A stretch of 64,000 nt of DNA from Psilocybe cubensis (GCA_017499595.2 CM039007.1:2108001-2172000), one strand, 5' to 3'. Numbered from the stretch's first letter, positions 13,330 to 28,221 are shown. Program-made: numbers and translations. The notes: generated by a model not told the origin, from the sequence alone.

Positions 13330-15170
13330 CTCGTCGCTCGCCATCTGTCGTCGTACCGATTCACGCGCACTTGACGTCGCCGTCGCCTGCTGCTGCTGCT
13401 GTTGCTGTTGCTGCTGCTGTAGTCAATACCACCACCCCATTTCCGCGCTGTCAAAACCCTCCCTCCCTCGCACTCCGCCATGACGCCGGGTCCGAGTCCA
13501 GGTCCTGGTCCATGTCCATGTCCAGATGACAAGCGATACCAGGCGCCGTGCGCCGTGCTCCGTGCGCGGTTGGGTATTGGGTACTAGTAACTTAACTTGC
13601 TAGCGCCAGACATATGTGCCATCAGCCATCATAATTCACATAATCGCCCCCCTCTTCCTTCCCCGTCTCGAGACTCGTTCACTCCCGCTCTCTTCGATGG
13701 TCGACTCGGGCTTGAATTAGGACGGTGGGCGGCCTGGCTTATAGCTATTATTGATGATTGACGAGTGACATCTGTGCGGATTTTACTGCATCGGCGTTTG
13801 CGTTTGCGTTTGGTTTGGGGTTTGGGGTTTGGGTTTGGGTTTTGGGTTGTATAATATGAATTGTATCGAGTATTCCTACGTACCAGTACCTGCTGCTTGT
13901 TGCTTGTTGCTTGTTGCTTGTTGCTGCGAAAAGCTAGCTAGTTTAATTGGTTATTAACCGAAATGCCGGGGTTTTGCAAAGCTCGACAATCCAATCGATT
14001 ATAAATGGAACCGAAGAAAGAAAGAAAAGGAATGGGGAGTGGAGAGTGGAGAATGGGGATTGGGGATTGGAGGAAGGACTTGGGAGAATGGGGAATGGGG
14101 AAGGAGCCCTAGAGAAAGGGTTGTTTGGGACCCTGCATTAGTTTTTGTGGTTCTGGTTCTGGTTCTGGTTTGCGGACTTGGACTTGGACTTGACCACGGT
14201 GTAGTACTTGAGTCTTGAAGGCGGCTAATGGGCTAATGGGGAGTGGGTTAAAACATTGTATTGGGTTAATGGGTTAATAGCCTTGATGGGTTTATGGGAT
14301 ACGGTTACGGTTAATGGTAATGTTAGTGGTTAATGGGCGCTCGGAGGTCACATCACTCGGACTCGACGCGGAGCTGAGCTGCAGTACTGGTTGCATGGTC
14401 GTATGGCTGCATGGTTGTATGTTCATCAGATCAGATGGGAGTGATTGGCGGGTGGTGAGTGTGTGTGTATGTGGCGGCGTGGTTATTGGCGGCGTCGGTA
14501 TAGTATCCGGATTTTGACTTTGTTTTTTATTGGGTATGGTTATGATTATGGTGATATTGTGATTGGGGAGTCATAGTTAAGTGTGAATGATTGATTGGAA
14601 TGGGAGGAGGGTACAAGGTTCTGAAGAGGTTGGAGGTTGGTTAATCGTTAGGTTTGAGGACGGGGTGGTTGATTTTTTGTGATATGCATGCGAGTTTGGA
14701 GTTTTGGAGTTGGAGTATAGAGTACTAGTATAAAGTATTGAAGAGTGAAGATTCGCTGGACGGGAACGATGTCGACGACGCTCGAGGTCGTCGTGGATCA
14801 TTCAGGGTTTGATGATGCAATGTTTAATTTACCAGTCCTCGTGAGGGCAAGAGCTGAAGCGGACGGTACCCCCCCTCCGTACAATGTACATTCCGTGCAT
14901 GTTATTCATGGTGCACGGAGGAAATAACAAATACTGTGACGTGTGTTAATTTTAATTTTTTTTTTTTCGCTTTCTTTGATGACGAGGCGGGTTTTTTGTG
15001 TTTCTCTTTGTGTATGTATACGTACTAGGTAATATATCGATCTGTACCTAATTGTGTTGTGTTGCATGTATGTATGCCTTTTTGGTTGTGGATAAGTTGG
15101 AGTGAGGAAAGGAGTTTTGGTTTTGTGATGCGTACCCACGCCCACGCCTACACCCGCGCCCACACCCGGT
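13330..15170. repeat. Microsatellite-rich intergenic region
   Basis: (CTG/TTG)n near 13388, (TTTGGG)n at 13811-13846, (TGCTTGT)n near 13895-13925, (GGTTCT)n/(GGACTT)n near 14149-14192, and poly-T runs. Confidence 0.8.
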
Positions 15171-15983
15171 CGGTTGTGGGCTCGTGAAATAGCGGTATAG
15201 TCAGCATGTGCTGCAGCTCCAAAGGGATTGACTACGCAGGGAAATGGCGGATCAGCAGCGACGGAGACTTTGGGGCGGATTCAAATTTGGGCTTTTTACT
15301 TGTTATGGGTGGTGTGCGCAAAAGCCAAGTGGTGTACAGCCTACCCTTGGCGAGGGGGGGGCTTGTCAGTGCTGTGCAAGGATAAACATAAACAAGAGGT
15401 TAGGAGGAGCAAGGCGCGCAAGCATGTTCTTTTTTTTGTTGTTGTTGCGCATTCGTGTTGGCATTGGAGGATGTATGGCGGATGTGTGGCTATTGGCGGA
15501 CGGGGGCGATGATCGGCAGGCGATTTTTGTGAAGAGGGCGATGAGTAAGCGTATTTTTTGGGCAGGTGTTGGCCGTGGATGGCTCGGAGCCGGAGTGGTT
15601 CTGGTGATAGATTGGGAGGGGATTCGCAGAGGAGGCAGTTGCGTAGACACTGACAGCGGACGACGGGGGAGGACTGATGTGAGTTACGTAAGAGGACGAT
15701 GGGGGGTGGGACAGGACATGGGTTTAGGCGCCGTCGAGCTTGATGTTTATTTTAATTTTAATTTTTTTTTACATACATGCATCGCAGCATCCGATCGGGA
15801 CAGGACCCTGACTGTCCGTTCAAAAGCGGGATGAACGCTGTCTGCTTTGTGCTTTCCTTCTCCCCCACCCACGCAGGCAGGAGACAGCGAAGGAGCCTGT
15901 CGTCCACCGGTACTACTCATATATCACAATCTACAGAAGCATCGCCATACAAGGCCACTCCCATACCCATATAATATACCCCA

Positions 15984-18900
15984 ATGCCCTCTCCTGCCCT
16001 TTCATACTCCCCGTCGGTGCCCCATATGCCCGCCAACACCATCCACCTCGAGAACCTCGTCTTTTCCTATGAACATGTCCGCGCAAGACTGCAAAAGTTG
16101 CCACCCATAGGCAGAGGCTCGCTTGACCCGTCGCCCACTTCGTCCATCACAAGCAGCAGCAGCTCCGCCTCGGCCTCGTCCACCCAAGAGGACGCCTTTT
16201 TCTCTTCCCGCTCGCGCGTTGTCCGAGTATGTGCTTTTTTTTCTCTCTCTCGAGACACCCACTCTCATCCGTCCGGCTACTAGTTGCATAATCTACCTGC
16301 GATGGCGGAGGCGTTCTTGTCTGCGGTGTTTCTCCCGCATAACGTACGTCGCGCTTGCGCTTGGATAGCTAGTCTAATTTATTTACGGGGCGTTTTTCTC
16401 CCACAGGCTATGGAGCAGCGCACTGCGAGTGGAATCCCGGTTCCCGTGTCGATGTGGGAGCTGCGAGAAGACGCGGCGAGCGGGAGACGGGACAGCGTCT
16501 GGGCTGTGTTCCGCACCCACGAAGAGGTATGTTCTCTTTTTCTCTCTCTTTTTTTTTGGCTCTCGACGCGTTTTTCGGCTGTTGGGATTAATGAGATTGC
16601 CTATTCGGGGAATCGTGTATGTCACGTGAAATGTTGGATGTAACGCGTCGAATGTCAGGAACATGGAAAGGATATGTTTACCACGCAATTCACGGAGATT
16701 GTTGGGAGAGATATTGTGCACGGTCGCTTTACCCTGTTTAATTCGTTCTTCTCGTTGGAGCCCTGATCTCATCATGACCACATTGTTTCGTCGGTTTTTC
16801 TGCAGGCCTGTGCTGCCCTCGCACTTTCTGGGCGAGCAATGTCCGTCGCTACCGCCCTGGAGGCTGATCTCGAACCGTTTCACAAACTCCATCGCTTCGT
16901 CCTCAGGGATCCCGTACGTCCCACCCTTTTTCCTTTTCCGTTTGACATATCCTTATTCTGATATCTGTCCCTTTTTCATTTTTGACAGCTGCTCTCACAG
17001 GCGTCTAACGCTCTTGCTACCGCCTCATACAATAACAATAGCACTAGCCATATCGCGCCTTCTTCTTCTTCTTCCTCCTCCTCCCCCTCCGCCGTTCTCG
17101 ATCTCACCGACCTCCCTCAACTCCGCGTCTCGTCTTCGCTTTCTGACCTCAAAGCCCCCGTCTCACTCTCTCCAATGTCTGCCACCGTGAATGGCAAGGT
17201 CTCATCGGGCGAATATACCCTCTCCACCAACCCCCCGAACCCCAAGACCAGCTTCAGACTGGGCGACTGGATGTGAGTGCCTTTTGTCGATATTGCGTTT
17301 CCCTTTTTTTGCTTCCGTCGAGATCATACCCGCGTCATTGTCCTCGAGCTTATATCAAAGCGCGTGATGGCGATGCAGCTATGACATTGGATTTTGGGAT
17401 TGTCTAAGGAGTGGCGACGCGGAACCACATCACCCACTCGACGTCTCGTTTCGTCTCGTCTCGTCTGAAATTCTATTTTGGATAGACTTTGACTCTGGCC
17501 GCTCGTGCGTGTTCGATCCGTCCCGCGCTTAAGCTAGCTTAGACATTTTGCCTGAAGATCCTAAATTGACGTTTTACTGCTTGCTGACTCTCGCTCTCCC
17601 TCTTCTCTCCTCTTTTTTTGCTTTTTTTCTCCTTTCTCTCTCTCCTCATTGTTGGCGCGATCTATCTGTACACCTTTTTAGCTGCAACTCGCCGAACTGT
17701 GCCGCACATAACTTTGGGTGAGTCCTATTTGCATTTTTCAGACATCTCTCCCCCCCTCCTCCCATCCTCCCACTTCCCTTCCTTTTATTTCATTGCGCGG
17801 AGATTCCAAAAGCACAGGATGCTGACCGACTCTTTCCCGTGTATGATCCTCCACAGGCGTAACCTCTCTTGCATAGGCTGCGGTTGCCCCAGGTCCAATA
17901 ACAACAACAGCAACAACGGCGCCGCCGGGAATCCGAGTGGGGCGAATATGAACGGGAACATTAGCGGAATGCCACAGCATCAGCACCAGCACCTCCTTCA
18001 ACAACACCAGACACAGACGCAGTCGATGACCACTCGCGCCGCGCCGTCCCCGCGCTTCAACGCCATGGCGAACGGCGGCAATGTGTATTACTCGTCGGGC
18101 CCACTCCCGCCGCATACGACGTTCCACCACCAGCAACAACAGCAGCAGCCACAACAGCAGCAACAGCACCAGCACCAGCAACAGCAGGGTGCGGCGCAGA
18201 GGGAGCTGCATCATCAGCATAGCCATCCGCACTTGAACCTCCACCCGACCATTGGGCAGCAATCGCGCGCGCAGAACCCCCCGCCGTCGCCTTTTAATGT
18301 CACCGCTGCGTCGACCTCGTCCTCCAATGCCACTTCGTCGTCGTCTGCAGCAGCCGCGGCCGCGGCGGCGGCAGCAGCAGCTTCGGCGGCAGCGGCAACA
18401 GCGCATGTGCCCAAGTCGACGCATCCGCTGTTGACACCGTCCGGCCGCGCGTTTGCGATAGGCGGCAAGGTGCAGAATATCTCGAGCGATCCTTTGTCCC
18501 CTTGCATCATGTATTGGCCTGATAACGAGCCTTTCCCGGAGCAGGGTCAGATCAGACCCAACGGTCTCATTGGCGTCGCTGTATGTCTCATCTTTACCAT
18601 TTTTTTTCGTATCGTTTTTCCCTCATACGTTGTGCGCAGCAACCGCCTATTCTGAATACAGGCAATCGCGGGCCTATTTCGCATGTGAGTTTGCGAGAGC
18701 TAAAAAAGAGGGTAGATTGAATTTCTAATCTAAGCTTAATGGGCATTTGCAGCAACCAGGGGACTGGATTTGCCAGAAATGCAACTACCTCAATTGGCGA
18801 CGTCGAAAGGTCTGCCAGACGTGTCTTCCTTGTACGTGATGATCTTCTTTTTATTTCTTTTCCCTTTTTCGTTCTTCTTCTTTAGCGTAGCTTGGCTTGT

Positions 18901-20073
18901 GTCGTGCTGTGCTTTTTTTTTCTTGCCATTCAGTCTCGCCATCGTATTTACGCTGACTTTACTTTTTTAAATTTGTGATTTGTTGTAGATGCGGAGGGGA
19001 ATGGCGATTCGATCTCTGCAGCGGTGCAGGCGGAACGCATCGCCCTCCTCACCTCCGTTCTTTCGCAGACCCAGATCAACGGCGGAAATCTGAACATCCC
19101 AAGCGCGCATCACGGGCAGCATGCGCCTGCACCCCGCTCACACTCGCTCACCCCGCCTCAAGCGCGCCGGCCCTTCATCGACGTCTCGCCGCCCCATCAG
19201 CCACAACAGCCACAGCCACAACAGCAACAGCAACAGCAGATGCCGCAACATCACTCGCTTAACCGGCCCGTGCACCGCTCGCAGTCGCACTTTGCGCTGG
19301 GGCAGCAGTATGCGGCGCATGCGCATCTCCAGCAGCAGCAGCAGCAGCAACAGGCGCCGGTTAGCCCGCCGTTTACGGCGTCGAGTCCTATATACCAGAC
19401 GTCGGGCATCCGACAGCCGTCCCCTCTCCCGCCCCAGGCCCCGCTATACTCTACCGGCCCGGGTGTTGCGCACCTTCACCGTAACACTATTGCGGGGACT
19501 ACGCCGGCGAGCGTGAGCAACCCTCTGGGCTCGCGCGCGCTTATGGATCACCACCGCACACCGATCGGTGCTGTTGGTATGAGTAGTACTTCTACCACCA
19601 CCACCACCACCACGATGACGAGCAGCGCGAGCACGACTGTGCGCAGCTCGCCCATCTCGGTGCATGCACCCGCGCCCGCGCCACTTCTCCCGTCGTTTTT
19701 ACAGGACATCGTACAGTCCCCTGCGCTCTCGCCGACGTCGACGACGACGACGTCATCTGCGGACCTCTCGTCTGTGGAAGAGTACGAAGACCAGTTCCAG
19801 CTTCCCTCTAGCGTTTCCGGTGCGGGTGCGGGTGCGGGGGTGGTGGGAGACGGGATCACAATGCGCCCGAGTGTCTTCGCCCCGCGCGCGAGAGGGGATA
19901 GTGGGTCGTCCGCTGCGTCTTCGGGCTCGAGCGTTGGTGTGGATTCGGCGGCGATTGCGAATATCTGGAGACTTGATGGTGAAGAGAGCAAGTCGCTCTC
20001 GGCGTTCCCGCTCCCGAACCATCAGGAGCTGGTGGGCGCGCGCAAGTCAAGTGGGGAGAAGCTGCGTGTGTAG
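15984..20073 (+). CDS. RanBP2-type zinc-finger RNA-binding protein with RRM-like N-terminus (NRP1/ARP-like); Q/H/A/S low-complexity tracts
   Basis: Two RanBP2 fingers split by introns: FRLGDWI|CNSPNCAAHNFG|RNLSCIGCGCPR and QPGDWICQKCNYLNWRRRKVCQTCLP. RRM-like SRVVR|LHNLP...WAVFRTHEE. Confidence 0.8.
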
Positions 20074-21929
20074 AGGGTTGGGGATGGTACGGCCGTCTCT
20101 TGCTCTTTCTCCTCTCTCTCTTGTTGTGGGACTCGATGGATGTGTATGTTTATCCTTTTGTTTTTTGCGAAGGGTATCTGATTAATATTTTTTTGTAGGT
20201 TTTTTGTTATTGACACATTCTTTCGGATTTACCTCTCTAGCTTTCGAATCTCATCTTTTTCTTGGGAGTTGGCCTACATTACTTACGACGGTTACTTATT
20301 TTTTTTCGCGGTTCAAACAGAAAAGCTTTCGATTTTTCTCTCTTCTCTTTTTTAATTTCTTTGTTTCTTTCTATCTTTATTATACAGGTTTTGGAGGGAC
20401 CCCCAAACAACAACAACAACAACAACAACAACGCATACAACAAATATTTGGCAAACCTTGGCTGGAAAAAAATCTTTCTTCTCTTATTCATTCACTGTTC
20501 ATTCATACTTTTCGCAAAAACAACTTACTTTCGCAACCTTTCGGAACGGTGCATTTTTTTCTGGATTTTCACCCCCCCTCGTCTCTATCGCAGTAGTACT
20601 CTACTATTCATTAACCCCTCCAACCGTCAACCACGACCTACTTTTCGATCGGAGCGTAGGCGAAACAAACATTCTTGGCAACAAACAACTTACAGATTCA
20701 TTGGGACGATTATTGATTCTTACTTTTTTTTTCTTCTTTCACTTTTTTTCTTTCTACCTTTTATCCATTCATTGCTCTTTGGGCCCTTCCTTCATATTTT
20801 CTTACTGTCAACCTTTTTACATTATCTATTCCTTTTTTGACACACTTTTTTACCGCCTTTCATCCTATTTATCCCTCAGTGTCCTTTCTTTTTCTTTTTT
20901 TCTTTCTTTTTTGCTTGTTGTTTCCTTTTGACATAACATACTCATCATCCCGCTATTTATACGGTTTTTTTTTATCACAACAGAGCAAATTCACACCACT
21001 GTTTTCTGTTATATTCTTTTTGTTGAACATCTTGTGGGATCGTTCAAAGCTCTCTCATTGTTTCTTTTGCCTCTCTTGGAATGCATGTAAACCCTCTGTC
21101 TTTGTCTCCTCTTCCATTTCTTTCCTCTGTTCCATTCCCTCTCTACTCTCTACTCTCTACTCTCCACCCTCTTTCCCTCTTTCCTTGCTCTCCTACTTAA
21201 CATACGTGCCTCGAAACCTCGCTTTTTCTTGGGTTTATTTATTAATCAATGCTTTCAATTAACGTACAGAATGATTTTTTTACTATTAAACAAAAGCCAC
21301 CGTCCCTCCCCACTCCCATTTCGATGCAGGAGTGTCGGTGGTTGAGTTTTTCTGGTTGTGCACTATTTAATCTACCTTCCTTTCCTTTCACCCACCCCCC
21401 TCTTGGCCACACATATCTTGGAATCCTGCACCTATATTATTATCCACTGCTTTACACTCATTCCGATCCGTACATGCATACATAGTAAATATTCGACTCC
21501 GTTCTCTGGTGTCCTCCCCCCCTTCCCTCCCTTCCATCCAATATTTTCCTTTTTATCAGTCACATTTTTTTGTCTTGTTGTGCGATAGATTCAGACTTGT
21601 TTGTTGTTTGTTTGCGACTATAAGCTCTTTGTTTTTTTTGTGTTTTTTTTCTGGATCTTGTAAACTTGTATATAGCGTTCCTTGGGAATAGATGTATTAA
21701 GGCCGGAACATGATTGAGAGTCCCAAACAGCGACTAGTGACGCGAGAGAGAGAGCAAGAAAGCAATGAGCAGATAGATGCGTGAGAGATTCAGGGGATGG
21801 GTACTATACTATACACTATACTATGGCTACAACAACAGCAAAAAATGAATAGAGAAAACAACAAAAAAACGAAACGAATATTGAGTGTACGGAATGTGAG
21901 GGGGAAACTACTTTTCTTTGCTGCTTTGA

Positions 21930-24900
21930 TCAAGTGATCTTCCAAGCGTCTATAATCTCATTCAACGAGCGCACACTCCACCCGGATCCCAGCGCCGTCG
22001 TCATCTTCGTCCCCGTCGCATGCAGCACCTCCTTGATCCCCCGATCCAGCCCATCCGCGTCCGACGTGCCCTCTGGCGGCGGCACACCCAAACACTGCTT
22101 GTGCGCGTCCTGCGCGAGCTGCCGCAGCACCGCGAGCAGCGTCGACACCGGCACCCCATTGCGCAAGAGGTACCACGCCAGATACCGCTCCATCGCGGCC
22201 CCATCCAGCTCCTCCTCCCTCTCGACGCGCATCTCGCTGAGCCACGCCATATCCCCGCCCGGTTCGTCGTGGATCTGTGGACGAAGGCGGTAGTCTGCGC
22301 GTGGGTCTGCGGGTAGATGCTCGCCACGCGCATAATGACCCATATACCGCGCGAAGCCGGGCAGCGTGCGCACGCTGTCCAGCCGGCGGTCAAGCGCGTG
22401 AAGTACGCCCTGCACTGTCGTATCGCGCACGAGCCCCGGGCGCGCGTTGTTCTCCGCGCGACCGCTGAACCGCCGCTCGTACACCTTTGTGTAGAAGTCC
22501 GCTGCGAAGCGCAGGTCCTGCAGCCGTAGATGGAAGTAGCGCGATTTAGGGGTCATGTTGCGGTAGAAGTACAGCGTGAGGTGGGCCTGCAGCGTTTGCG
22601 GCTTGTCCTGGAGGATGCTGTCGAGCAGCGCCGCGTGACAGTACGTGTGGAACAGCCGCTCGTCGTGCGTCCCGCCTGCGGTATCTTCCGCGCGCGAGAA
22701 GTGGTCCGCGAACGCAAGGAAGAGCACATTGTTGGAAAAGGACGAGATGAATTCGCTCAGGTCACCCGCAGGGTGTGTTTTGGTATCCGTAAGCTGCGGG
22801 AAGTCTAGTGTAGCGGCATCACCAGAGGAGGATCCCGAGCGCACGAATAAACTTCGACTGCCTCTGGGATCTTCTGTGTAACTTAAGAACGCCGTTCGCC
22901 GTTTCACGTACAAAGTTTGACTCTGAAGGAGAGCTTCCTTGTGGCGTGGGTGCGTTGATGTGTCGAGATAGAACGGCCAGTAACGAGGTGTATCCACTCT
23001 AACAGACATCAGCTTATCCATGTCTGGTATGAGCGTAGGCGAGATGAGCTGCGTGTGCTCGGCACTATCCCCTTCTTGCATTTTGATCTTGACGGGCAGG
23101 TACACCACTTCGTTTGTGTCGACATCGCGCGCGATAAGGCATCGTGGTTCGACAGCTAGAACCCACATATGCCTCAAAGCTTGTAAGAAACTCCTGTTGT
23201 CCGAAGAAATATGATTGAATCGAGGGAAGAAAGCGACGACCATGCATGCAATAGCGGCGTCTGACGTCCCTAACGTGTAGCGACCGCCGCCCAGGAACAA
23301 CAGACCCAAGGACATGTGCGTGGCTACGTGTACACCATATTTGAAGCCGTGATGGTATAACATTTGTTGGGACATGCCGTATGCATAACGAAGGCGGCGC
23401 AGACAGGTAATCTCGCCAGTTCCAGCCATGACCATGCTGAGAGCTATTGATATGAGATTGAGGCCATCTCTAATGGCCGACCGCTTTATTTTGTGATCAA
23501 ACGCTGGTCCTAATAGAGTGAAAAGGTTAGCATGAACGTACGTGTCACCAAATCTAGCACTTAAAGTACTCATACCATTTGCATATGCCATCCTTGAAAA
23601 ATGATCGAAATGCTTGACTATCATTTGGTAGGCTTCTTGGCGAGCCGTGCCAGCGTATTTTAGGCCGACGACGAAACACCCTCCGGCTATTATGTTATAG
23701 TACGCCAGCTCCATCGAATCATCAATGTGGAAGCCTTCCTTCGAGCGAGACTCGATAGAGTTAATTATCGTCCGCGGTATTTGCCGAATTAACCAATCGT
23801 TACTTGGTACCACATCGTCCCACATAATCAACGATCTGGCTATGGTTCGGATGAGGAGGAAATTGGGTTGTATCGCATTCAAAGAGACCACTGTGTCTGG
23901 TATGGTCAGCATTTCTGCGACATCTTTCCTGTTTGTTTTCAAGTACATGAGTCCGAGAGAAATGGTAGCAGCTGGCGATGTCAAGTTGATGTCGAAGGGG
24001 GTTTTGGTGTGTTTTCCCATAAGTACATCGGCGTCTCCATGTATGAGGGTGCCCAAGCGCTTTAAAAGCATCAAGTCTGCCGGTATAGACGACCCCTTTC
24101 CAAGCATGATCATTCCGAAAGCAAAAGCACTCGCATACGTATACGCCTCACGGTGTTCGTTGTTCAAATCAGGTTGGACAAGATCCCGCCGACTGACCTG
24201 GCCTAGGCAGACTTCCGCCATCCGACGATTTCTTGTGCCAAGGTAGATGAGTCCAGTGCCGAACAAGCCAGCGGTCTGTGTGATGAGTGGGACGTTCAGT
24301 TCGACGTTTGGCCCCGGAAGCATAGCGGGGGTGTGCACCGCGAGCAGCTTCGTGACGTGCTGGTTCGCAGTGCCGACGTTCGCTGCGGCCATGCCCAACA
24401 GAACGCCGATAGACGTGAGGTCGTGCTTGGGTGTGAGGTATCCGAATGTGCTCCAGGTCATCATCTCCTTCAAGTGGCCAGTCAGGCCGAGCGCAAGAAG
24501 GAACCCAGCATGCTCTGGTGTCAGATCAATTGGTTTATTGAACGCTATCCAGGAGCTATCCACTCCAAGTGCAGAAGGCGAAATGCGCAAGCCGGCGGCA
24601 ACACCGTTGTGGAACTCGCCCCAAGAGATGGAGTCAACTGCTATCTTTCCAGGCTCCGGCGTTACGAGGATGTTGGATGGCTGGAAACGAACATTGTACT
24701 CAATTTTGGGAATTGCATAGGCTTCTCGTTTGACGACAGGAATAGAGCCAAATGTGAACATGGCTCGCCCGTAAGGCAATGCAAGTGTGCGCTCTGCTAT
24801 ACGCACGACCTGGTTTTGATGCTCCTTTGTCTGATCATGCTCACTAGAGATAGATAAGAAGTCAGAAAAACATCACAAAAATGAACGAAAGTTCCGACCT

Positions 24901-27900
24901 CAATTCCGGTCTGTCAGCGATCTTCACAGATGCAACCACTGATGAGCACAACATTCGAGCTACTTCATCCAGGCGTCGATCCAGACCAAACCGTATATCA
25001 GTAAATTCTTTCAAATTGAGCTCCACGCCTGTCGATCCATCGAGCTCGGCAGCCAACGTTCGAACATCAGCTGCGATTTCACCAATTGTCTGACGAGGTG
25101 TGCTAGGATTCTACAAAGTAAAAACTATGAATTAAACGGTAACCAAAGAAAGACACAAAACTTACGACGAACTCCTTCCTGGGTTTATACCCATCCGTAA
25201 TAAACACCTCTGGGTTCTGATATGCAGACGCGGCAAGGTCATTTCTCCCAATCGCTCGATATGCCTCCAGCGGCCAATTCGACGGCGGCGCGAGCTGACA
25301 CGTCCGTGCCGCCTCCCTCAACGGCGCAGCAATACCCAGCGGCAATGCCACCGACACATCCTGCCCGCCGTTCTGCGCGACCATCTGATACACCACATTC
25401 TCCGCGCGCTGCTGCGTGTCGGTGACCTTGCCGTCCGAGAGTGTGTTATACAGCAGGCTGAGTTCGTGAAGCTCGTGTAGTGGGTCGCAGACGCCGTACT
25501 CGAGTGATGGGGTGATGGAGAAGCGGGTGACGATGTGTTGCACGTCGTGCCAGGGCACTTTCCAGTCGGGCGTGCTCACGCGGCCGTATAGAATGGCCGA
25601 GAGGTCGGGTGGCCAGACAGGGATGCGGTCGTCGAGGTACGAAAGCGCTGTTCATAGGAAAAATTTGGTGAGTATGTTATCCAAAAAAATGTATTGAGAG
25701 AACGTACACGTTTTGAGGGGTAATGGCCACCCATTCATCACGTCGGGTATCAACCTTTTCCAGTAATCTGCCCATTCAGGCCTGACTATGATAGCTATCC
25801 GACATACCACAGGCGCGAATCTAAGGAGATCATGCTGTCGGGGAATCAGCAGACGCATATGCTCTGCCAGCGTGTGTAGGCCATACAGCAGAGGAGCCAA
25901 CAGCTTGTGCGGTGGATCAGGCCGGTGCTGTGGGAGCGCAGGTGGAATATTGGGTGGTTTACGCAACAGCCTCAGCGCTGGGTCTTCCGCAAAGTGTTCG
26001 TGTGACTTGGTCTCCGCGAGGCGCAGCCAGGGATCAAAGAGCACCGGCCGCTCAACAAAGTCAAGGTGGAACACTGAGTACAATGACGTCGAGAAACACT
26101 CAAACTCGACGTTCTCCGCGGTAGACCATGAGCGAGCGGACCACTTCTCGAGGAAAAGACGGTGGATCTCGAACGTGATTTCGGTAGGGAGGATGAGGGC
26201 CAGCAGCTGGAAACATTCAATAACGAGCTTGTCTTCGGGGAAGATGTCGAATGTAACGCTGGTTTTGTAGCCGTCTTCATAGGCCAAAGTTGTAGTACCC
26301 CATTGCGATTCGGAGACGGAGACGATTTGGCCGTGCTGCCCTAGATAATCTACAGACACGTCCATGTACATGTCCAGCTCGACACCCTCGCCTGTAGCTT
26401 TGTCGTTGTCTTGCACTTGGACAGGAATCTCGTTCAGACCGTGGGTGAAGAGGGAGAGCTGACCGAATGGTTTGACGACTAGGAGATCCCAAACGTTGCC
26501 ACGAGTAGCTCGCAGCGAGGTGGCAGACATAGCTGGCATTTCCATAGTCGGCGTCACTTCCATAGTCCTGTCAGGCAGTTGTGAGATAGTATATATGAAG
26601 AGCTTCTGGGATATTGGAAGGCAGATGGATATTAGGCAACGCGACTTTGTACCGTCAAAACGATCGTCGAATAACGACACTGTTATGTCGCGCCATGCCT
26701 CCGCGCTGAGTGACAACACTGTTAGTGAGAACCGAGAAAATAATTTTAATACCAAAAAACGCACTCTTCCACAGGTATGGCCTGGGTATACATGCTTTGC
26801 ATCCAAAAAGCTGCTTTCATCCTTCCGTACTCAATAGGTGCTATCATATTATCATCCATGCGACCACCCAACACCATCCTATCCATAGTCGTGCTCAAAT
26901 CGTTCCGCGAGAGTGAATTACGCCGTTTGGGCAGCGACACACGCTGCGAGGCCTGTGAACCAGAAACGAGCGACGCCATCGTCGTCGTGGTGGAAAGCGA
27001 GGGTGCCATCCCGGGCAGTGATGATAGAGCCGGCATTTCTGGGAACTCGAATATATCTCCTCCAATAACAGGTTCATGCGAACGCATGCTAGGCGACATG
27101 GGCTGAATGCGCTCGCGTCTGTCCGATACTCCATCGAACATCGCAGAGGTCCGACGACTCGCTGTCCCAGAAGTTGACTGACGCTTCGATGGAGGTGGTC
27201 CCATCCCTATTCCTGCTCCTCCAGATGGTGCCGCTGATGTAGGTGGCGGCACGCGGTTTTTCTGTCGTGTAAGGGGCTGAGGTGTGTCTTTGGGCTTGAT
27301 GTACACGTACTGCCATACAGAAAGGAGCCGTTTCTCGACGTTGACGGTCACGACGACGCGTACGTCCGCGACGATGCTGCAGTGCGAGACCCAGACGGCC
27401 ATTTCGGTGGGAGGGATCGACTTCAAAGGCTTGCTTGAGTGCTCGTCTTCGTCTTTCAACGTCGGGAGCGTGGTCGGGGTGGGCCCGAGGATCCCAGAGG
27501 TCAGACCAACAGCCGCTGCCTCGGATAACGCGCTGGTCACGGTGAATATGGTGGGCAGCACATCGTCTCCCGTCGCCTCCGCCTCGATCAGCTCAGATGG
27601 CTCGAGCACGCGCTGGATCATGACCCCATGCGGCGAAATAGCCCACGCCTTCCTCACCACAAACGGCACCGAGAACGTATAATCCATCCCATTCAGCAAA
27701 TATATCTTCCCGATACTGCGCAGGAAGATGAACACGGCAGGGACAGTCTCCGGGTGCCCAAAGTTGAACTTGCGGGTCCGCTTCGCGCGCGCGAAGGGCC
27801 CGAACGTGTCGCGGCCGTCCGCGTTCGGGGGGAGACTCTCGACGTTCGCGAGGTTCGCAGCGGTCGCGGCCGAGGCGGGGTTGTGCTGAATGACCTGCTC

Positions 27901-28221
27901 GAGCTCGCCGATGCACGCCCACTGCACGAGTTCGCCCTCCTGCTTGAAGCTCCAGCGCTTGGCGAGGACCGCGCCGTAGCTCAGGACGACGGTGTGCTTG
28001 TCCCAGGTGAGCTCGGGCTCCTTCTCGCGGTTGCCTGTGAAGTGGGTGCCGGTGTGGATCGAGTCGTCGTTTTCTGCGCCTGGCCCGCGGAGGGCGATCT
28101 TGATGGCTCGGAGGAGCGGGGTGTCATCGGGGAGTGCATTGGAGGCTTCAGAATGTTCGGAGAGGAACCTGTATGCAGAGGAAGCGGGTGGTCCTTGGGC
28201 AGAGACGATGATGGGTGGCAT
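21930..28221 (-). CDS. APC1: Anaphase-promoting complex subunit 1 (APC1/BimE)
   Basis: Very large multi-exon CDS with WGEFHNGVAAGLRI, HAGFLLALGLTGHL, ALSMVMAGTG, HMSLGLLFLGGG and FLQALRHMWVLAVEPR. Confidence 0.93.

Noticed and set aside
20204-21691. Phe/Leu-rich ORFs resembling membrane proteins (also 32387-33741 and 38643-39651)
   Set aside because: They arise from T-rich, stop-poor 3' UTR or intergenic sequence in several overlapping frames, with no splice or domain logic.
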